64,000 nt of DNA, taken from the IMG/VR virus record IMGVR_UViG_3300020054_000866, positions 1 through 64,000 of that record; one strand, written 5' to 3'. Below are positions 20,001-29,552 of this stretch, piece by piece (positions within the stretch are counted from its first letter, which is position 1; the number at the start of each line of letters is the position of its first letter). The translations under genes were made by a program, and so were the position numbers. The notes under the pieces are model-generated. The model was not told where the DNA came from and did not search any database. It worked only from the letters and a program-made list of their open reading frames with translations. The stretch comes from a virus.

Positions 20001-20362
20001 ACGGAACGTCGGGTCAGTGGGTCGAGGTTGGCGCCGCGGGTGGAGTTGCGTCGACCGTAGCAACATCGCAGCCAGCGACCGCGAATACTGGCGACATTTG
20101 GTACGACTCAGACGATGCCGAATTGTTTATCTACAACGGATCAACGTGGGTGTCTGCTGGAGGCGGCGCGTCGGTTACCGTTAGCGACACTGACCCGGCT
20201 GGACCGTCCGAAGGCGACATGTGGTTTGAGTCTGACACGGGTCGTCTTCTAGTGTATTATGATAGCTCTTGGGTCGAGGTTGGCGGCACTGGAAGCGTCA
20301 ATCCAACGATTACCAGTAGCAGCACAGATGCTGCGATTCTTTTGATGGAGATTGGACCGTAA
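17066..20362 (+). CDS. Long tail fibre / adhesin scaffold with six C-terminal GDxW(Y/F)xSD repeats
   Basis: NNRVGIGTTTP, three LGTDTxGDYVESLVAGTG repeats, and six ~42-aa SDTxP..P..GD.W.ESDTG..Y.YY.DG...QWVEVG units. Confidence 0.8.
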   Translation: MAQKFTTPITIRDLSSASSDSIAVSLSGDTNDRFKIEAGGRIVWGTGSSAGDVNLYRDASNALKTDDTFEAAAGVITLTTAGTPTATIADGALAVDTTNDILYFRSGSSWVQVSGTGTDHGTLAGLGDDDHTIYLLADGTRTATELTISGDLTVDTDTLYVDSANNRVGIGTTTPTVALDVTGNAFISQDAEVDGILTANHIHGNIAGSVYIHVKNTSGSTIAAGTPVYATGSVGASGATEVSPSDASTSSTMPALGITQVALANNAEGHATVLGVVGGLNTSAYAVNTTLYVAPGGGLTSTRPTSSSDLVQAIARVVRTDSSTGELLVLGAGRTNDIPNDITLGTDTIGDYVESLVAGTGITLSNNSGEGATPTIEIGQAVGTTDSVTFSDVTVSGNLTVSGSTTTVDTATLSVEDPLIILASGNNTADVVDIGFYGLYDTSGSQDLYAGLFRDATDGKFKLFKDSQSAPTSTVDTGASGYSVADLVANVEGNLTGTADSANTLSTSRTISLSGDVVGSVSFDGSANVSISTTIQADSVALGTDTTGDYVESLVAGTGVSLLNNTGEGATPTIYIGQDVGTGASVTFGHVSADLTGSITGDVYASNGTSKVLDNGTNGTDATFIGAVTGTVSDISNHDLGDLGDVNFTIVTPAQGDVVYYDGAEWVNFPLSIGDVGGVNFTTSPTTGDFLKFNGTDWVPDAIDLGTDTTGDYVESLVAGTGVTLSNNTGEGATPTVAIGQAVAASDDVTFNTVTGTNGVVTLTTAGTPTATIADGAIAVDTTNDLLYFRSGSTWQQVTGGGGASVTVSDGAPSSPSSGDLWYESDTGSMFVYYDDGDTQQWVEVGGSSVVAMTVSDTPPSTPSNGDMWFESDTGKTYVYYTDGTSSQWVEVGAAASAAAYVEVSDTAPSAPDNGTLWYDSTTSALLVYYNDGSSAQWIEVIGDSVVAMTTSDTAPSSPTNGDLWFESDTGRTYLYYDDGTSGQWVEVGAAGGVASTVATSQPATANTGDIWYDSDDAELFIYNGSTWVSAGGGASVTVSDTDPAGPSEGDMWFESDTGRLLVYYDSSWVEVGGTGSVNPTITSSSTDAAILLMEIGP

Positions 20363-20694
20363 TGGCAGTAGGAGATCGCACCGAAGGTAGACTTATTGGT
20401 CCGTCAGCAGTAGGAACTTCTGACACCACTCTTGGTACTGTCCCAGCAAGTCGCCTTTGGGTAGTTAAGCAAATCATGATCACGAACACAAATGGTGTTG
20501 ACGCGTGGGTGACGATCGCTATTGGCTCCACTGGTACAGCGAGTAACGCGATTTTCTATCAACTACCTGTTGCTGCTAACGATACTGTTATTTTCGACAC
20601 TGCTTTAGTAATCACTGCCGCGGAAACTTTACGAGCTGTTGCTGATCGCACTGGTGTGAATATCACTGGTGTTGGCTGGGTGAAGGAAGTCTGA
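20362..20694 (+). CDS. ~110-aa beta-rich connector protein (paralogue 1 of 3)
   Basis: T..TVP......V..I.+.N pattern shared with 27251 and 29848. Confidence 0.7.
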   Translation: MAVGDRTEGRLIGPSAVGTSDTTLGTVPASRLWVVKQIMITNTNGVDAWVTIAIGSTGTASNAIFYQLPVAANDTVIFDTALVITAAETLRAVADRTGVNITGVGWVKEV

Positions 20695-21581
20695 TGGCTA
20701 TTGACGCTGCTTTGGGGCGTCTTGGGATTAGGCCCGGGGTATGCACTAGTTCAACGCGCCCCGCGAACCCCTTTGAGGGTCAGGTTATTTACGAGACTGA
20801 TACGAATAACATTCGTTTCTGGTCTGGTTCTGCGTGGGAAAGCAATAAGGGCGGGATCGTTTCTTCTTCTGCTCCTACTGGGGCGGCTGCTGGGGATATT
20901 TGGTATGACTCTGATGACGGTCGTGCCTATATTTATTATGATGATGGTTCTTCTCAACAGTGGGTTGAGTTTGGTGCTCCTCCGTCTGGTTCTTCTATCA
21001 CTCTGGCCTCTTACGCTGATTCAGCGGCCAGAGATGCCGCAATAACTTCTCCGACAGAAGCAGATTTGGTCTACCTACAAGACACAAACGCTATTCAGTT
21101 CTACGATGGATCGTCTTGGAAAGGTATCAGCAAGATGACAAAAGTTGCAGCATTTACGAGTTCTGGTACTTGGACGGTGCCTGCTGGTGTGACGTATGCG
21201 GTCGCCCATATCCGTGGCGGAGGCGGCGGTACTACAAGCGGGACTACGGCGACGCAAGGTGACGGCGGCGACTCGTCGGTGGCGTTCGCCGGTGGCACCG
21301 TCACCGCCGAAGGCGGTGGTGGAATCCTCATCGTGGGCCAGAATACCTACTACGGACACGCTGCCGGACCGCCTAATAGTGGGCAAGGCGCAACAGGCAC
21401 AGCCGGAGCCAACGCCTACTCATCCGGCGGCAAGGGCGCAGACGGTGCCTACATCGTGGCCGGTGACACCGTGACACCTGCCGCCAGCATCGCCGTGACT
21501 GTGGGTGCTGGTGGCACCGCAGGGACCGTCGGAGCCGCTGGTGGTTCTGGCTACGTGTGGATCGAATATCAGGAGTCGTGA
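20694..21581 (+). CDS. Fibre tip with a glycine-rich (polyglycine-II-like) domain
   Basis: GVCTSSTRPANPFEGQVIYETDT head, FTSSGTWTVPAGV, GGGGG repeats and terminal GGSGYVWIEY. Confidence 0.7.
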   Translation: MAIDAALGRLGIRPGVCTSSTRPANPFEGQVIYETDTNNIRFWSGSAWESNKGGIVSSSAPTGAAAGDIWYDSDDGRAYIYYDDGSSQQWVEFGAPPSGSSITLASYADSAARDAAITSPTEADLVYLQDTNAIQFYDGSSWKGISKMTKVAAFTSSGTWTVPAGVTYAVAHIRGGGGGTTSGTTATQGDGGDSSVAFAGGTVTAEGGGGILIVGQNTYYGHAAGPPNSGQGATGTAGANAYSSGGKGADGAYIVAGDTVTPAASIAVTVGAGGTAGTVGAAGGSGYVWIEYQES

Positions 21582-21868
21582 TGAGTGAACGTGTCGTAGC
21601 CGTGCTAGACGGCAGCGTCGTCGCGAACGTGGTCGTTGTTGGTGCCGACTGGGTGGCCCCTGCCGATGGGTCGATGGTCGAGTACACGACCGGCTACCCG
21701 GCTGCTATCGGCTGGGAGTACGACGGCACAGGGTTCATCCCACCTCAGCCGTACCCGTCGTGGGTGCTCACCGACTATGTGTGGGAAGCACCTGTCGCTT
21801 TGCCTGATGACGGCCAGTCGTATGTTTGGGATGAGACGACGGTTAGTTGGCAGGTGGTGAGTAACTAA
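21581..21868 (+). CDS. Small fibre-associated (chaperone-like) protein
   Basis: IGW.YDG..FIPPQPYPSWVL...WEAPV..P.DG..Y.WDE....W, shared with 33893 and 35900. Confidence 0.65.
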   Translation: MSERVVAVLDGSVVANVVVVGADWVAPADGSMVEYTTGYPAAIGWEYDGTGFIPPQPYPSWVLTDYVWEAPVALPDDGQSYVWDETTVSWQVVSN

Positions 21869-22803
21869 TGCCTTTATCTTTCCCTGACGCCCCCTCAGTA
21901 AACGATACCTATACCGTAGGTGATCTGACTTATACGTGGAACGGAACTGTCTGGCGTGTAAGTGCAAAGCAAATCTCTATTGACTATCTTGTTGTTGCTG
22001 GTGGGGGCGCTGGAGGTAAGGGTGCAGGCGCTCAGTCCACTGCTATTGGTGGTTCCGGTGGTGGCGGTGCAGGCGGTATGAAGACTGGGACAACGCCCTG
22101 TATTGTCGGCAGCAATTATCTTGTAACGGTTGGTGCTGGTGGAAGTATTGGTGCAGCATCTAGGGACAGCGGTAATAACGGGACTTCTAGTGTATTTAGT
22201 GTTGCTTACGTTTATGGCGGCGGTGGTGGTGGCGGAGGTCATATTCTGGCTGGCATTGACGGTGGTTCTGGAGGTGGCTCGGCCTGTGATAACGCTGGTG
22301 CAGGTAGTCCAGTATCTGGTCAAGGAAATAGCGGTGGCAATGGCGGCGGCACCAACGGCGGCGGAGCAGGTGGTGGCGGAGCGGGTGCTGTAGGAGGTAA
22401 CGGGGCATCTAGCGCTACTGGGACAGGTGGAGATGGCGGTAACGGTGTAGCGTCGTCCATAACAGGCTCTTCTGTTTACTATGCTGGCGGTGGTGGTGGC
22501 GGAGGTGGCCTGAACGGTTCTGTCGGAGGTTCTGGTGGACTTGGCGGCGGCGGTGATGCTCACGGTGGTGGGGGCGGATCTGCTACAGCCGGTACTGCCA
22601 ATACTGGTGGTGGCGGAGGCGCAGGTTCTGACGGCGCTGGCGGTGCTGTTGCCGGAGCAGGTGGTTCTGGTGTTGTGATTATCAGGTTCCCTACCGCGTC
22701 TGGCTCTCCAACCGTATCTGCTGGGCTAACTTCTTCTTCTACAACTGATGGTACTGATACCGTGGTGACGTTTACGGCGGGAACTGGGACGGTGACTTGG
22801 TAA
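21868..22803 (+). CDS. MAIDFP-type adaptor fused to a glycine-rich tip
   Basis: MPLSFPDAPSVND..YTWNGTVW head, DYLVVAGGG and GGSGVVIIR. Confidence 0.7.
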   Translation: MPLSFPDAPSVNDTYTVGDLTYTWNGTVWRVSAKQISIDYLVVAGGGAGGKGAGAQSTAIGGSGGGGAGGMKTGTTPCIVGSNYLVTVGAGGSIGAASRDSGNNGTSSVFSVAYVYGGGGGGGGHILAGIDGGSGGGSACDNAGAGSPVSGQGNSGGNGGGTNGGGAGGGGAGAVGGNGASSATGTGGDGGNGVASSITGSSVYYAGGGGGGGGLNGSVGGSGGLGGGGDAHGGGGGSATAGTANTGGGGGAGSDGAGGAVAGAGGSGVVIIRFPTASGSPTVSAGLTSSSTTDGTDTVVTFTAGTGTVTW

Positions 22804-23957
22804 TGGCTGTTTCTTCTACTTCTTCAGGTTCTCTTAAAACAGGGGTATGTCTTTCAACAGACCGCCCAGATAACCCGTTCACCGGACAAGTCATCTTTGA
22901 AACCGATACCGGCAAAGTGTTTGTGTGGGCCGGATCAACATGGGTAAACATTGGTGATACGTCTGGTGAAGGTGTGCAGTTGCCTTCTGGTACTACTGCC
23001 GAGCGCCCCTCGTCTCCTACTGCCGGTCAGATGAGATTCAATGAGACGACCGGTGAACCCGAGTATTATCACTCCACTGCTGGATGGTTGAAGTTCAGGA
23101 ACTCTCCAGAATTTACTGTCGATTATCTGGTGATTGCTGGCGGTGGCGGTGGTGAAGAAAGGGCTTCCGGCACCAATACAAGATCTGGTGGTGGCGGTGG
23201 TGCCGGTGGTTACCGTTCCACGTGGAGTACAGAGCCTTCAGGAGGGGGTGCTTCAGCAGAGTCAACGCTCACTTTGGGGTATTCCAACAATTACACTGTG
23301 ACTGTCGGCGCGGGGGGAGCGGGAGGAATCCGCTTAACAAGTCGTGCATTTGAAGGTTCTGATTCCGAATTTTCCACAATAACGTCAGTAGGTGGAGGGT
23401 ACGGCGGTCTGTACTCGGTGTCAGTGGGTGGCAGAGAGGGCGGAGACGGTGGTTCTGGTGGTGGTGGTGGCCGCAACTCTGGAATAGAAGGAAGCGGCAC
23501 ATTAAATCAAGGTTATGATGGCGGAGCAGGTGGTGCTGAAACCGGTGGTGGTGGTGGCGGTGCTGGCGGCACTGGAGGCGCTGGAGGTGGTAGTTCGGCG
23601 GGCGCTAACGGCGGATCTGGGGTAGCAAGCACCATCACTGGGAGTTCAGTGAGCAGAGCGGGCGGTGGCGCTAACGCATATGGTTCTGCGTCATCCGGCG
23701 GGGGAACAGGAGCGGGAACAGATCAGAATGGAACTGACGGTACCGTCAACACCGGTGGCGGTGGTGCAGGTGCGTCAAGTGTGTCAACTGAAGGTGTCGG
23801 GAGGGGCGGCAACGGCGGGTCTGGGATTGTTATCATCCGTTACTCCAGCAATCTTACTGTAGATGTTTCTGCTGGCCTCACCTCAACAACCACGACAGTC
23901 GGCAACGATAAAGTTACCGTCTTTACTGCTGGAACAGGAACAGTATCATGGGTTTAA
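22803..23957 (+). CDS. Glycine-rich fibre tip
   Basis: GVCLSTDRPDNPFTGQVIFETDT, LPSGTTAERP, DYLVIAGGG and GGSGIVIIRY. Confidence 0.7.
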   Translation: MAVSSTSSGSLKTGVCLSTDRPDNPFTGQVIFETDTGKVFVWAGSTWVNIGDTSGEGVQLPSGTTAERPSSPTAGQMRFNETTGEPEYYHSTAGWLKFRNSPEFTVDYLVIAGGGGGEERASGTNTRSGGGGGAGGYRSTWSTEPSGGGASAESTLTLGYSNNYTVTVGAGGAGGIRLTSRAFEGSDSEFSTITSVGGGYGGLYSVSVGGREGGDGGSGGGGGRNSGIEGSGTLNQGYDGGAGGAETGGGGGGAGGTGGAGGGSSAGANGGSGVASTITGSSVSRAGGGANAYGSASSGGGTGAGTDQNGTDGTVNTGGGGAGASSVSTEGVGRGGNGGSGIVIIRYSSNLTVDVSAGLTSTTTTVGNDKVTVFTAGTGTVSWV

Positions 23958-24259
23958 GTAACTCTGTACCGAACAGTATTCTCCAGCCGGGAGTCTGCAC
24001 CTCAACAACCCGTCCTGCTTTGCCATACGAGGGGCAGGTCATCTTTGAAACCGACACCAACTACACGTACGTCTATGATGGTAGTGCGTGGCGGATCTAC
24101 ATTGGTTCTGCGGGCACCCCGATCTTCCTGAACGGTCAAACGATCTCCACGGATTACACGATCCCGTCAGGATACAATGGTGTTTCTGCTGGCCCCATTA
24201 CTATTGCTGATGGAGTAACAGTAACCGTGTCTTCTGGTAGTGAGTGGAGTATCGTATGA
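23948..24259 (+). CDS. Short fibre adaptor
   Basis: GVCTSTTRP..PYEGQVIFETDT head; C-terminal SAGPITIADGVTVTVSSGSEWSIV. Confidence 0.65.
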   Translation: MGLSNSVPNSILQPGVCTSTTRPALPYEGQVIFETDTNYTYVYDGSAWRIYIGSAGTPIFLNGQTISTDYTIPSGYNGVSAGPITIADGVTVTVSSGSEWSIV

Positions 24260-24849
24260 GCAGGTTAACGGTCGGGTCTATTGAGGGTTTAACAGAGAAC
24301 AGTAATGTTATTTCTGTCCCTACCGGTCATAGTTTGAATGTTGCTGATGCTGGTGCGTTAATCGCTCCCGGCCACATTATTCAGGTCGTGTCCACCACCA
24401 AGACAGACACATTTTCCGCTTCCATAACTGGCGGCAGTACGGCATCCGTAACTGGTCTTTCTGCAACCATAACTCCATCATCTACAAGTTCAAAGATTCT
24501 TATTATGGTAAGTCTAAACGGAGCAAGAAATGATGGTGGGACCGGAGAAGCAGATATTGCATTTCAAATCAGCAGAGATGGAACTTCTGTCGGGTCTGGG
24601 GATGCTGCTGGTAGTCGCCCCGGCGTTGTTTCGATGTTTGATTTAGATCCTGCGTCTAATGCTTCAAGAGGGCAAATCTATGGGCAGTACTTAGACAGTC
24701 CTGCTTCAACTTCTGCTCTTACTTATCAAGTTGAATACTACGCAAGAGCGACTGACACCTATTATGTGAATCGGTCCCCAGTAGACTCTGACAACATAGT
24801 TCATGCTCGCTCTCAGTCAACCATCACTCTGATGGAGGTGGCAGGATGA
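24256..24849 (+). CDS. Fibre tip (IIQVV...SATITPSSTSSKIL domain)
   Basis: Domain shared with 25914; ends ITLMEVAG. Confidence 0.7.
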   Translation: MSRLTVGSIEGLTENSNVISVPTGHSLNVADAGALIAPGHIIQVVSTTKTDTFSASITGGSTASVTGLSATITPSSTSSKILIMVSLNGARNDGGTGEADIAFQISRDGTSVGSGDAAGSRPGVVSMFDLDPASNASRGQIYGQYLDSPASTSALTYQVEYYARATDTYYVNRSPVDSDNIVHARSQSTITLMEVAG

Positions 24850-25118
24850 CCGACTATTCTGCTGTTCTGACTGTCAACTATCCCGATGCTGAGTGGACTC
24901 TTGACGGTGACACCTACGATGGTTTGACATGGCTTAGCGATACGCCGAAGCCCACGCAGGCTGAGTTGGATGCCGCGTGGCCCGCTGTTCAGCAGGCACG
25001 TATTGACGCTCAGGTCGCCAAGCAAGCCACAAAGCAGTCGGCTATAGATAAACTTGCTGCCCTTGGTTTAACTGTTGATGAGATTCGTGAAGCCTTTGGT
25101 TTGGAGGCCCCCCAGTGA
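24846..25118 (+). CDS. Small XkdW-like / fibre chaperone protein
   Basis: MTDY.AVLT.NY.DAEWTL.GD.Y.GLTWLSDTPKP; C-terminal KQSAIDKLAALGL.VDEI shared with 25693. Confidence 0.6.
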   Translation: MTDYSAVLTVNYPDAEWTLDGDTYDGLTWLSDTPKPTQAELDAAWPAVQQARIDAQVAKQATKQSAIDKLAALGLTVDEIREAFGLEAPQ

Positions 25119-25696
25119 GTACCTTAAGGTTTAATACTTGGCAGAATACAGGGGGCACGGAAGCCGCTACCGCCAGCGAGGTTTCAGCATACTCGTTTAC
25201 TGAGCCGGGTTCCGTCCTTGTCGCAACTACTTCTTTCTCAGGTGCTATCAATGTTCAAATTGATAACTGCTTCACCAGCACATATTCGGTCTATAAAGTT
25301 TACGTTTACTTTGATCATGCCTCAGATGGGTTGTGGTTTATACGAATGACGACGGGCGGCACCCCAGAGACCAGTGTTTACGAGAGCGCCTATTGCAACA
25401 CTAGGGCTGGAAACGCTGTGTCGGGACAAGGCGGTAGCGGACAATCATATATGTACGGTGGAACGGGTAATTATGATCTGACTACTGAGATAACAATTCT
25501 TAACCCGTACCAAAGCCTGAATACGGCGTGCCACTGGCTATCGCACTCTAAGGCTGGTGCGTCGAATTACAACTATCAAACGTGGGGCGGGGCTAGTGTA
25601 AATAACACAAACTCTCACGATGGTATTCATCTCGCATCTGGTATTTCTCAGAACATATCTGGGAATATTTGGGTATACGGAGTTAAACAGTCATGA
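25115..25696 (+). CDS. Fibre tip protein
   Basis: MSTLRFNTWQN head (as in 25914), CFTSTY..Y and terminal G.IWVYG. Confidence 0.65.
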   Translation: MSTLRFNTWQNTGGTEAATASEVSAYSFTEPGSVLVATTSFSGAINVQIDNCFTSTYSVYKVYVYFDHASDGLWFIRMTTGGTPETSVYESAYCNTRAGNAVSGQGGSGQSYMYGGTGNYDLTTEITILNPYQSLNTACHWLSHSKAGASNYNYQTWGGASVNNTNSHDGIHLASGISQNISGNIWVYGVKQS

Positions 25697-25914
25697 AAAC
25701 TCATCGCTTTGACGCTGCAACTGGGGAAGTTGTATTTAGAGATATGACCGCTGACGAGGTTGCCGTGGCTGAACTTGATCTTCAAGAGGAGACCGCCCGT
25801 CAGGATGCTGTTGTTGCCGAGGCTGCTGCTAAACAATCCGCTATCGACAAACTTGCGGCCCTCGGTCTTTCGGTAGATGAAATCCGGGCCGCGTTTGGTT
25901 TGGAGGGTAACTGA
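25693..25914 (+). CDS. Small fibre chaperone-like protein
   Basis: TGEVV.RDMT.DE and KQSAIDKLAALGLSVDEI. Confidence 0.6.
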   Translation: MKTHRFDAATGEVVFRDMTADEVAVAELDLQEETARQDAVVAEAAAKQSAIDKLAALGLSVDEIRAAFGLEGN

Positions 25915-26492
25915 TGGCTTCTATTCTTCGTTTTGATAATTGGCAGAACTCTGATGGTACGTCTATTGCTACTACTGATGCTTCTGGGAATATCAGTTTT
26001 GCTGGTGCGGGGGCAGGCAAGATTTTGCAAGTTGTGTCAACTACCAAGACCGACACGTTTTCGGCCTCGCTGGCCGGATTTGCGAGCACCGCCGTAACTG
26101 GTCTCACGGCGACCATCACTCCGTCATCGACCGCTTCCAAGATCCTTGTTATCTCAACCGTTGTTGCCGCCGAGTCTTGGGGCCCTACCGGATCGTCCGC
26201 CTACAGTTTGACCCGCGACGGGACCCCGATTGCTCAGCCCGCGAGTCCGGGTTCACGGTTACCGCTCACGACCTTAAACTACTCTGTTACTGGCGCAACT
26301 GTGATCCAGGGCGGAACCGCCGTCTATCTCGATAGCCCAGCATCAACATCCAGCCTCATCTACGGCGTGTCCCTCTTTAACACCCTCTCAAGCACCGAGA
26401 CGGTGTATGTCAACCGCGCCGACAGCGACACCGACGCCGCCACGCGCCGCCGAACCGTGTCTACCATCACCGTCATGGAGGTGTCAGCGTGA
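25914..26492 (+). CDS. Fibre tip (GKILQVV...ATITPSSTASKIL domain)
   Basis: Paralogue of 24256. Confidence 0.7.
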   Translation: MASILRFDNWQNSDGTSIATTDASGNISFAGAGAGKILQVVSTTKTDTFSASLAGFASTAVTGLTATITPSSTASKILVISTVVAAESWGPTGSSAYSLTRDGTPIAQPASPGSRLPLTTLNYSVTGATVIQGGTAVYLDSPASTSSLIYGVSLFNTLSSTETVYVNRADSDTDAATRRRTVSTITVMEVSA

Positions 26493-26800
26493 CCGATTAC
26501 GCTGCCGTACTGACCGCCAACTATCGGGATGCCGAGTGGACGTTAGAGGGCGACGACTACGCCGGTTTGACATGGCTGTCCGACACGCCGAAGCCGTCAC
26601 AGGCTGAGTTGGATGCCGCATGGCCCCAAGTCCAATACCAACAACAACGGGCCGAAATAGAAACCCAACGTAGAAACGCCTACACCCAAGAAGCCGACCC
26701 CCTCTTCTTCTCATATCAGAGAGGCGAAGCCACAGAACAAGACTGGCTAAGCGTGGTACAATCAATAAAAGAACGATATCCGTACCCTGAGGCACCGTAA
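26489..26800 (+). CDS. Small XkdW-like / fibre chaperone protein
   Basis: N-terminal half nearly identical to 24846; different C-terminus (RRNAY..EADPLFF...IKERYP). Confidence 0.6.
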   Translation: MTDYAAVLTANYRDAEWTLEGDDYAGLTWLSDTPKPSQAELDAAWPQVQYQQQRAEIETQRRNAYTQEADPLFFSYQRGEATEQDWLSVVQSIKERYPYPEAP

Positions 26801-27249
26801 TGGCGATTGATTTTCCGAACTCTCCTAGCGTCAATGACATCTACTCAGTAGGCGATCGTTCATGGCTATGGAATGGCACGTATTGGGAGGTTCGCGCTAC
26901 TCCAACTCAGACGTTTAGCGTGTCTGACACGGCTCCAGGTTCTCCACAGTCGGGTGACATGTGGTATCGCTCTGATACCTCGCAAACGCTCATCTACTAC
27001 GATTCGACATGGGTGGAGATCGGTCACTCAGCTAACATTGCGAGCTTTGTGCAAGATGCTGATACCGATACAAAGATTCAAGTCGAAGAATCTGCCGACG
27101 AGGACACAATAAGATTTGACATCGCCGGGACTGAAAAGATGACGCTGGACTCAGCTGGGTTAGCGGTGACTGGCACAATCACTACGAACGGCGCATCGGT
27201 CGCCACGACAGGCAAGGCCATTGCAATGGCTATGGTTTTTGGAGGCTGA
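26800..27249 (+). CDS. MAIDFP-type adaptor
   Basis: MAIDFPNSPSVND..WLWNGTYW, GDMWY repeat, DADTDTKIQVEES.DED.IRFD.AG; ends GKAIAMAMVFGG. Confidence 0.7.
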   Translation: MAIDFPNSPSVNDIYSVGDRSWLWNGTYWEVRATPTQTFSVSDTAPGSPQSGDMWYRSDTSQTLIYYDSTWVEIGHSANIASFVQDADTDTKIQVEESADEDTIRFDIAGTEKMTLDSAGLAVTGTITTNGASVATTGKAIAMAMVFGG

Positions 27250-27250
27250 C

Positions 27251-27628
27251 ATGGCTGCACCTAATATTGTAAACGTCGCAACAATCACCGCCAAAACCGC
27301 TCTAGTACGCCTCGCAGACACAAGTGAGAACACGCTCGTTTCTAACTCCGCGTCGTCTGGCAAGGTGTTCAAGATCAACAATATTATTGTTTCCAACGTT
27401 GATGGCACAGACGACGCCACAATTACTGTCGTTGTCTGGGACACCGCCACTGTCGGTTCTACAAACGGCACAAAGATTGCTCACACTATCAATGTTCCCG
27501 CCGATTCGACGCTTGTTCTTATTGATAAGTCATCGGCCATCTATCTCGAGGAGGATAGGTCTATCGGGGTCACCGCCTCGGCTGCTGACGATCTACACGT
27601 CATCTGCTCGTATGAAGAGATCTCGTAA
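27251..27628 (+). CDS. Beta-rich connector protein (paralogue 2)
   Basis: MAAPNIVNV..I...KINNIIVSNVDG...VPADSTL....IYLEE...SYEEIS. Confidence 0.7.
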   Translation: MAAPNIVNVATITAKTALVRLADTSENTLVSNSASSGKVFKINNIIVSNVDGTDDATITVVVWDTATVGSTNGTKIAHTINVPADSTLVLIDKSSAIYLEEDRSIGVTASAADDLHVICSYEEIS

Positions 27629-29496
27629 TGCCTACCCGTAAGTTCATAGGCATTGATAAAAACCCGGTTGCTTCTGATGCTTCTGGTGTTTGGGTTTTAT
27701 CTGAACATTATGCTGCTGTTCTTGGTAACAGATGGCCAGGAGATGCCGTGTATGCGCTGTTCGCAGGCGGCGAAAGCGCCTCAGGGGAGGAGAACACCAT
27801 TGACTATGTGGAAGTTGTCTCCGCTGGTAATGCCACGGACTTCGGTGACCTAACTCGAACGGCGTACTACCTTGCGGGCCTCAGTTCCACGACTCGTGGA
27901 GTGTTCGGAGGCGGTTACGTTGGCGGAGGCTATTCCAATGTCATCGACTATGTGACCATCGCAACGACTGGGGACGCTTCCGACTTCGGGGATTTGACAG
28001 TCGCTAGGTGGGAACTCGGTGGTGCGTCGAACGAAACCCGTGGCCTGTGGGCCGGTGGTCTAGCGGCTGGCTCTAGGAATAACACAATCGACTACATCAC
28101 GATCGCTACAACTGGGAACGCCACCGACTTCGGTGATCTGACAGAAGCCGCCCAAGCGCTGGCAGGCCTCGCATCTCCGGTCCACGCCATCTTCGTCGGC
28201 GGACGTACAGCCGCATTCAACTATGACACCCGAATCGACCATGTGGCGATCGCCTCCACGGGTGACGCTATCGCATGGGGCGAACTGACTGTCGGACGGT
28301 GGAGACTGGCGGCGGCATCGAACAGCACTCGTGGACTAGCGGCAGGTGGAGTCGGCGCCTCCGGTAACCTAGATGTCATTGACTACATCACGCTGGCCTC
28401 CGCAGGTAACGCCACGGACTTTGGTGACCTGAGTTTTGCCCGTCGGTGGCTTGCTGGTGCGGCATCCTCCACTCGTGCCATCTTCGGTGGAGGTACCGAC
28501 GGTAGCGTAACGAATGTCATTGACTCCGTAGAGATCGACACGCTCGGGAACGCCGTTGACTTCGGTGACTTGACTGTCGCCCGTCAGTCTGTCGCCGCCT
28601 GCTCTAACGGTCACGGTGGACTTACTCCGGAATCGCAAGTTGCGTCAGGACGAGGCATCCTCGCAGGCGGTTACACGCCAAGCGTTGTCAGCACCATCGA
28701 TTACTTCACGATCTCAACGGGTGGTAACGCCCTTGTGTTCGGTGGCCTCACGACAGCCAGAAGGGGTGTCGGGTCGTGTTCTTCTACGACCAGAGGTCTG
28801 TTCGGTGGAGGCTACACGGGAGCGAACTCCAACGTGATCGACTACATCACGATGGCTACCGCAGGCAACGCCACCGACTTCGGTGACCTGACTATCACCC
28901 GGGAGTCGACATTCGGTTGCTCTGATCCGACGAGAGGCATCTTCGCAGGCGGTTACACAACGTCGGAAGTGAACGTCATCGACTATGTGACCATCGCCAC
29001 GACCGGCAACGCAACCGACTTCGCTGACCTGACGGTCGCTCGGCAAACATCAGGATCGCTCGCATCCCCGACGAGGGGCATCTTCGGAGGTGGCTGGACT
29101 GGGGCTAACTCCAACGTCATTGACTACATCACGATTCAGACCATCGGAAACGCCACCGACTTCGGCGATCTCACCGTGTCACGCCATTGGCTTAGCGGGG
29201 TGTCATCAGCGACTCGTGGCGTGTTTAGTGGCGGCAATAGTGGAACCTCAACTATCGACTATGTGACCATCGCCACGACTGGGAACGCAACATCGTTTGG
29301 CAACATGGCTACCGCAAGAGAGGGAAGTGGCGGCGTGTCTAACAGCACGACCGGAGTGTTCTGTGGTGGCCTTAGTACCGCAACCTGTGATGCGATCACT
29401 ATTGCGACCACCGGGAACGCCACGACCTACGGGTCTCTCACACAAGCCCGTTCACGGCTTGATGGTGTATCAGACAGTCACGGAGGACTCCAATGA
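27628..29496 (+). CDS. Tandem beta-propeller (kelch-like) adhesin with IDY.TIATTGNATDFGDLT repeats
   Basis: About 13 ~45-aa repeats arranged in two HGGL-terminated blocks. Confidence 0.75.
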   Translation: MPTRKFIGIDKNPVASDASGVWVLSEHYAAVLGNRWPGDAVYALFAGGESASGEENTIDYVEVVSAGNATDFGDLTRTAYYLAGLSSTTRGVFGGGYVGGGYSNVIDYVTIATTGDASDFGDLTVARWELGGASNETRGLWAGGLAAGSRNNTIDYITIATTGNATDFGDLTEAAQALAGLASPVHAIFVGGRTAAFNYDTRIDHVAIASTGDAIAWGELTVGRWRLAAASNSTRGLAAGGVGASGNLDVIDYITLASAGNATDFGDLSFARRWLAGAASSTRAIFGGGTDGSVTNVIDSVEIDTLGNAVDFGDLTVARQSVAACSNGHGGLTPESQVASGRGILAGGYTPSVVSTIDYFTISTGGNALVFGGLTTARRGVGSCSSTTRGLFGGGYTGANSNVIDYITMATAGNATDFGDLTITRESTFGCSDPTRGIFAGGYTTSEVNVIDYVTIATTGNATDFADLTVARQTSGSLASPTRGIFGGGWTGANSNVIDYITIQTIGNATDFGDLTVSRHWLSGVSSATRGVFSGGNSGTSTIDYVTIATTGNATSFGNMATAREGSGGVSNSTTGVFCGGLSTATCDAITIATTGNATTYGSLTQARSRLDGVSDSHGGLQ

Positions 29497-29549
29497 CCGA
29501 ACTAGCACTCACCGCATCGCAGAAATTTATCATTGACATTGGAGACTGA
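29493..29549 (+). pseudogene. Truncated remnant of the 39821 gene (MTELALTASQ...GD*)
   Basis: 29494-29521 is identical to 39822-39849 (28 nt), then diverges and stops after 18 codons. Confidence 0.75.
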
Positions 29550-29552
29550 GCC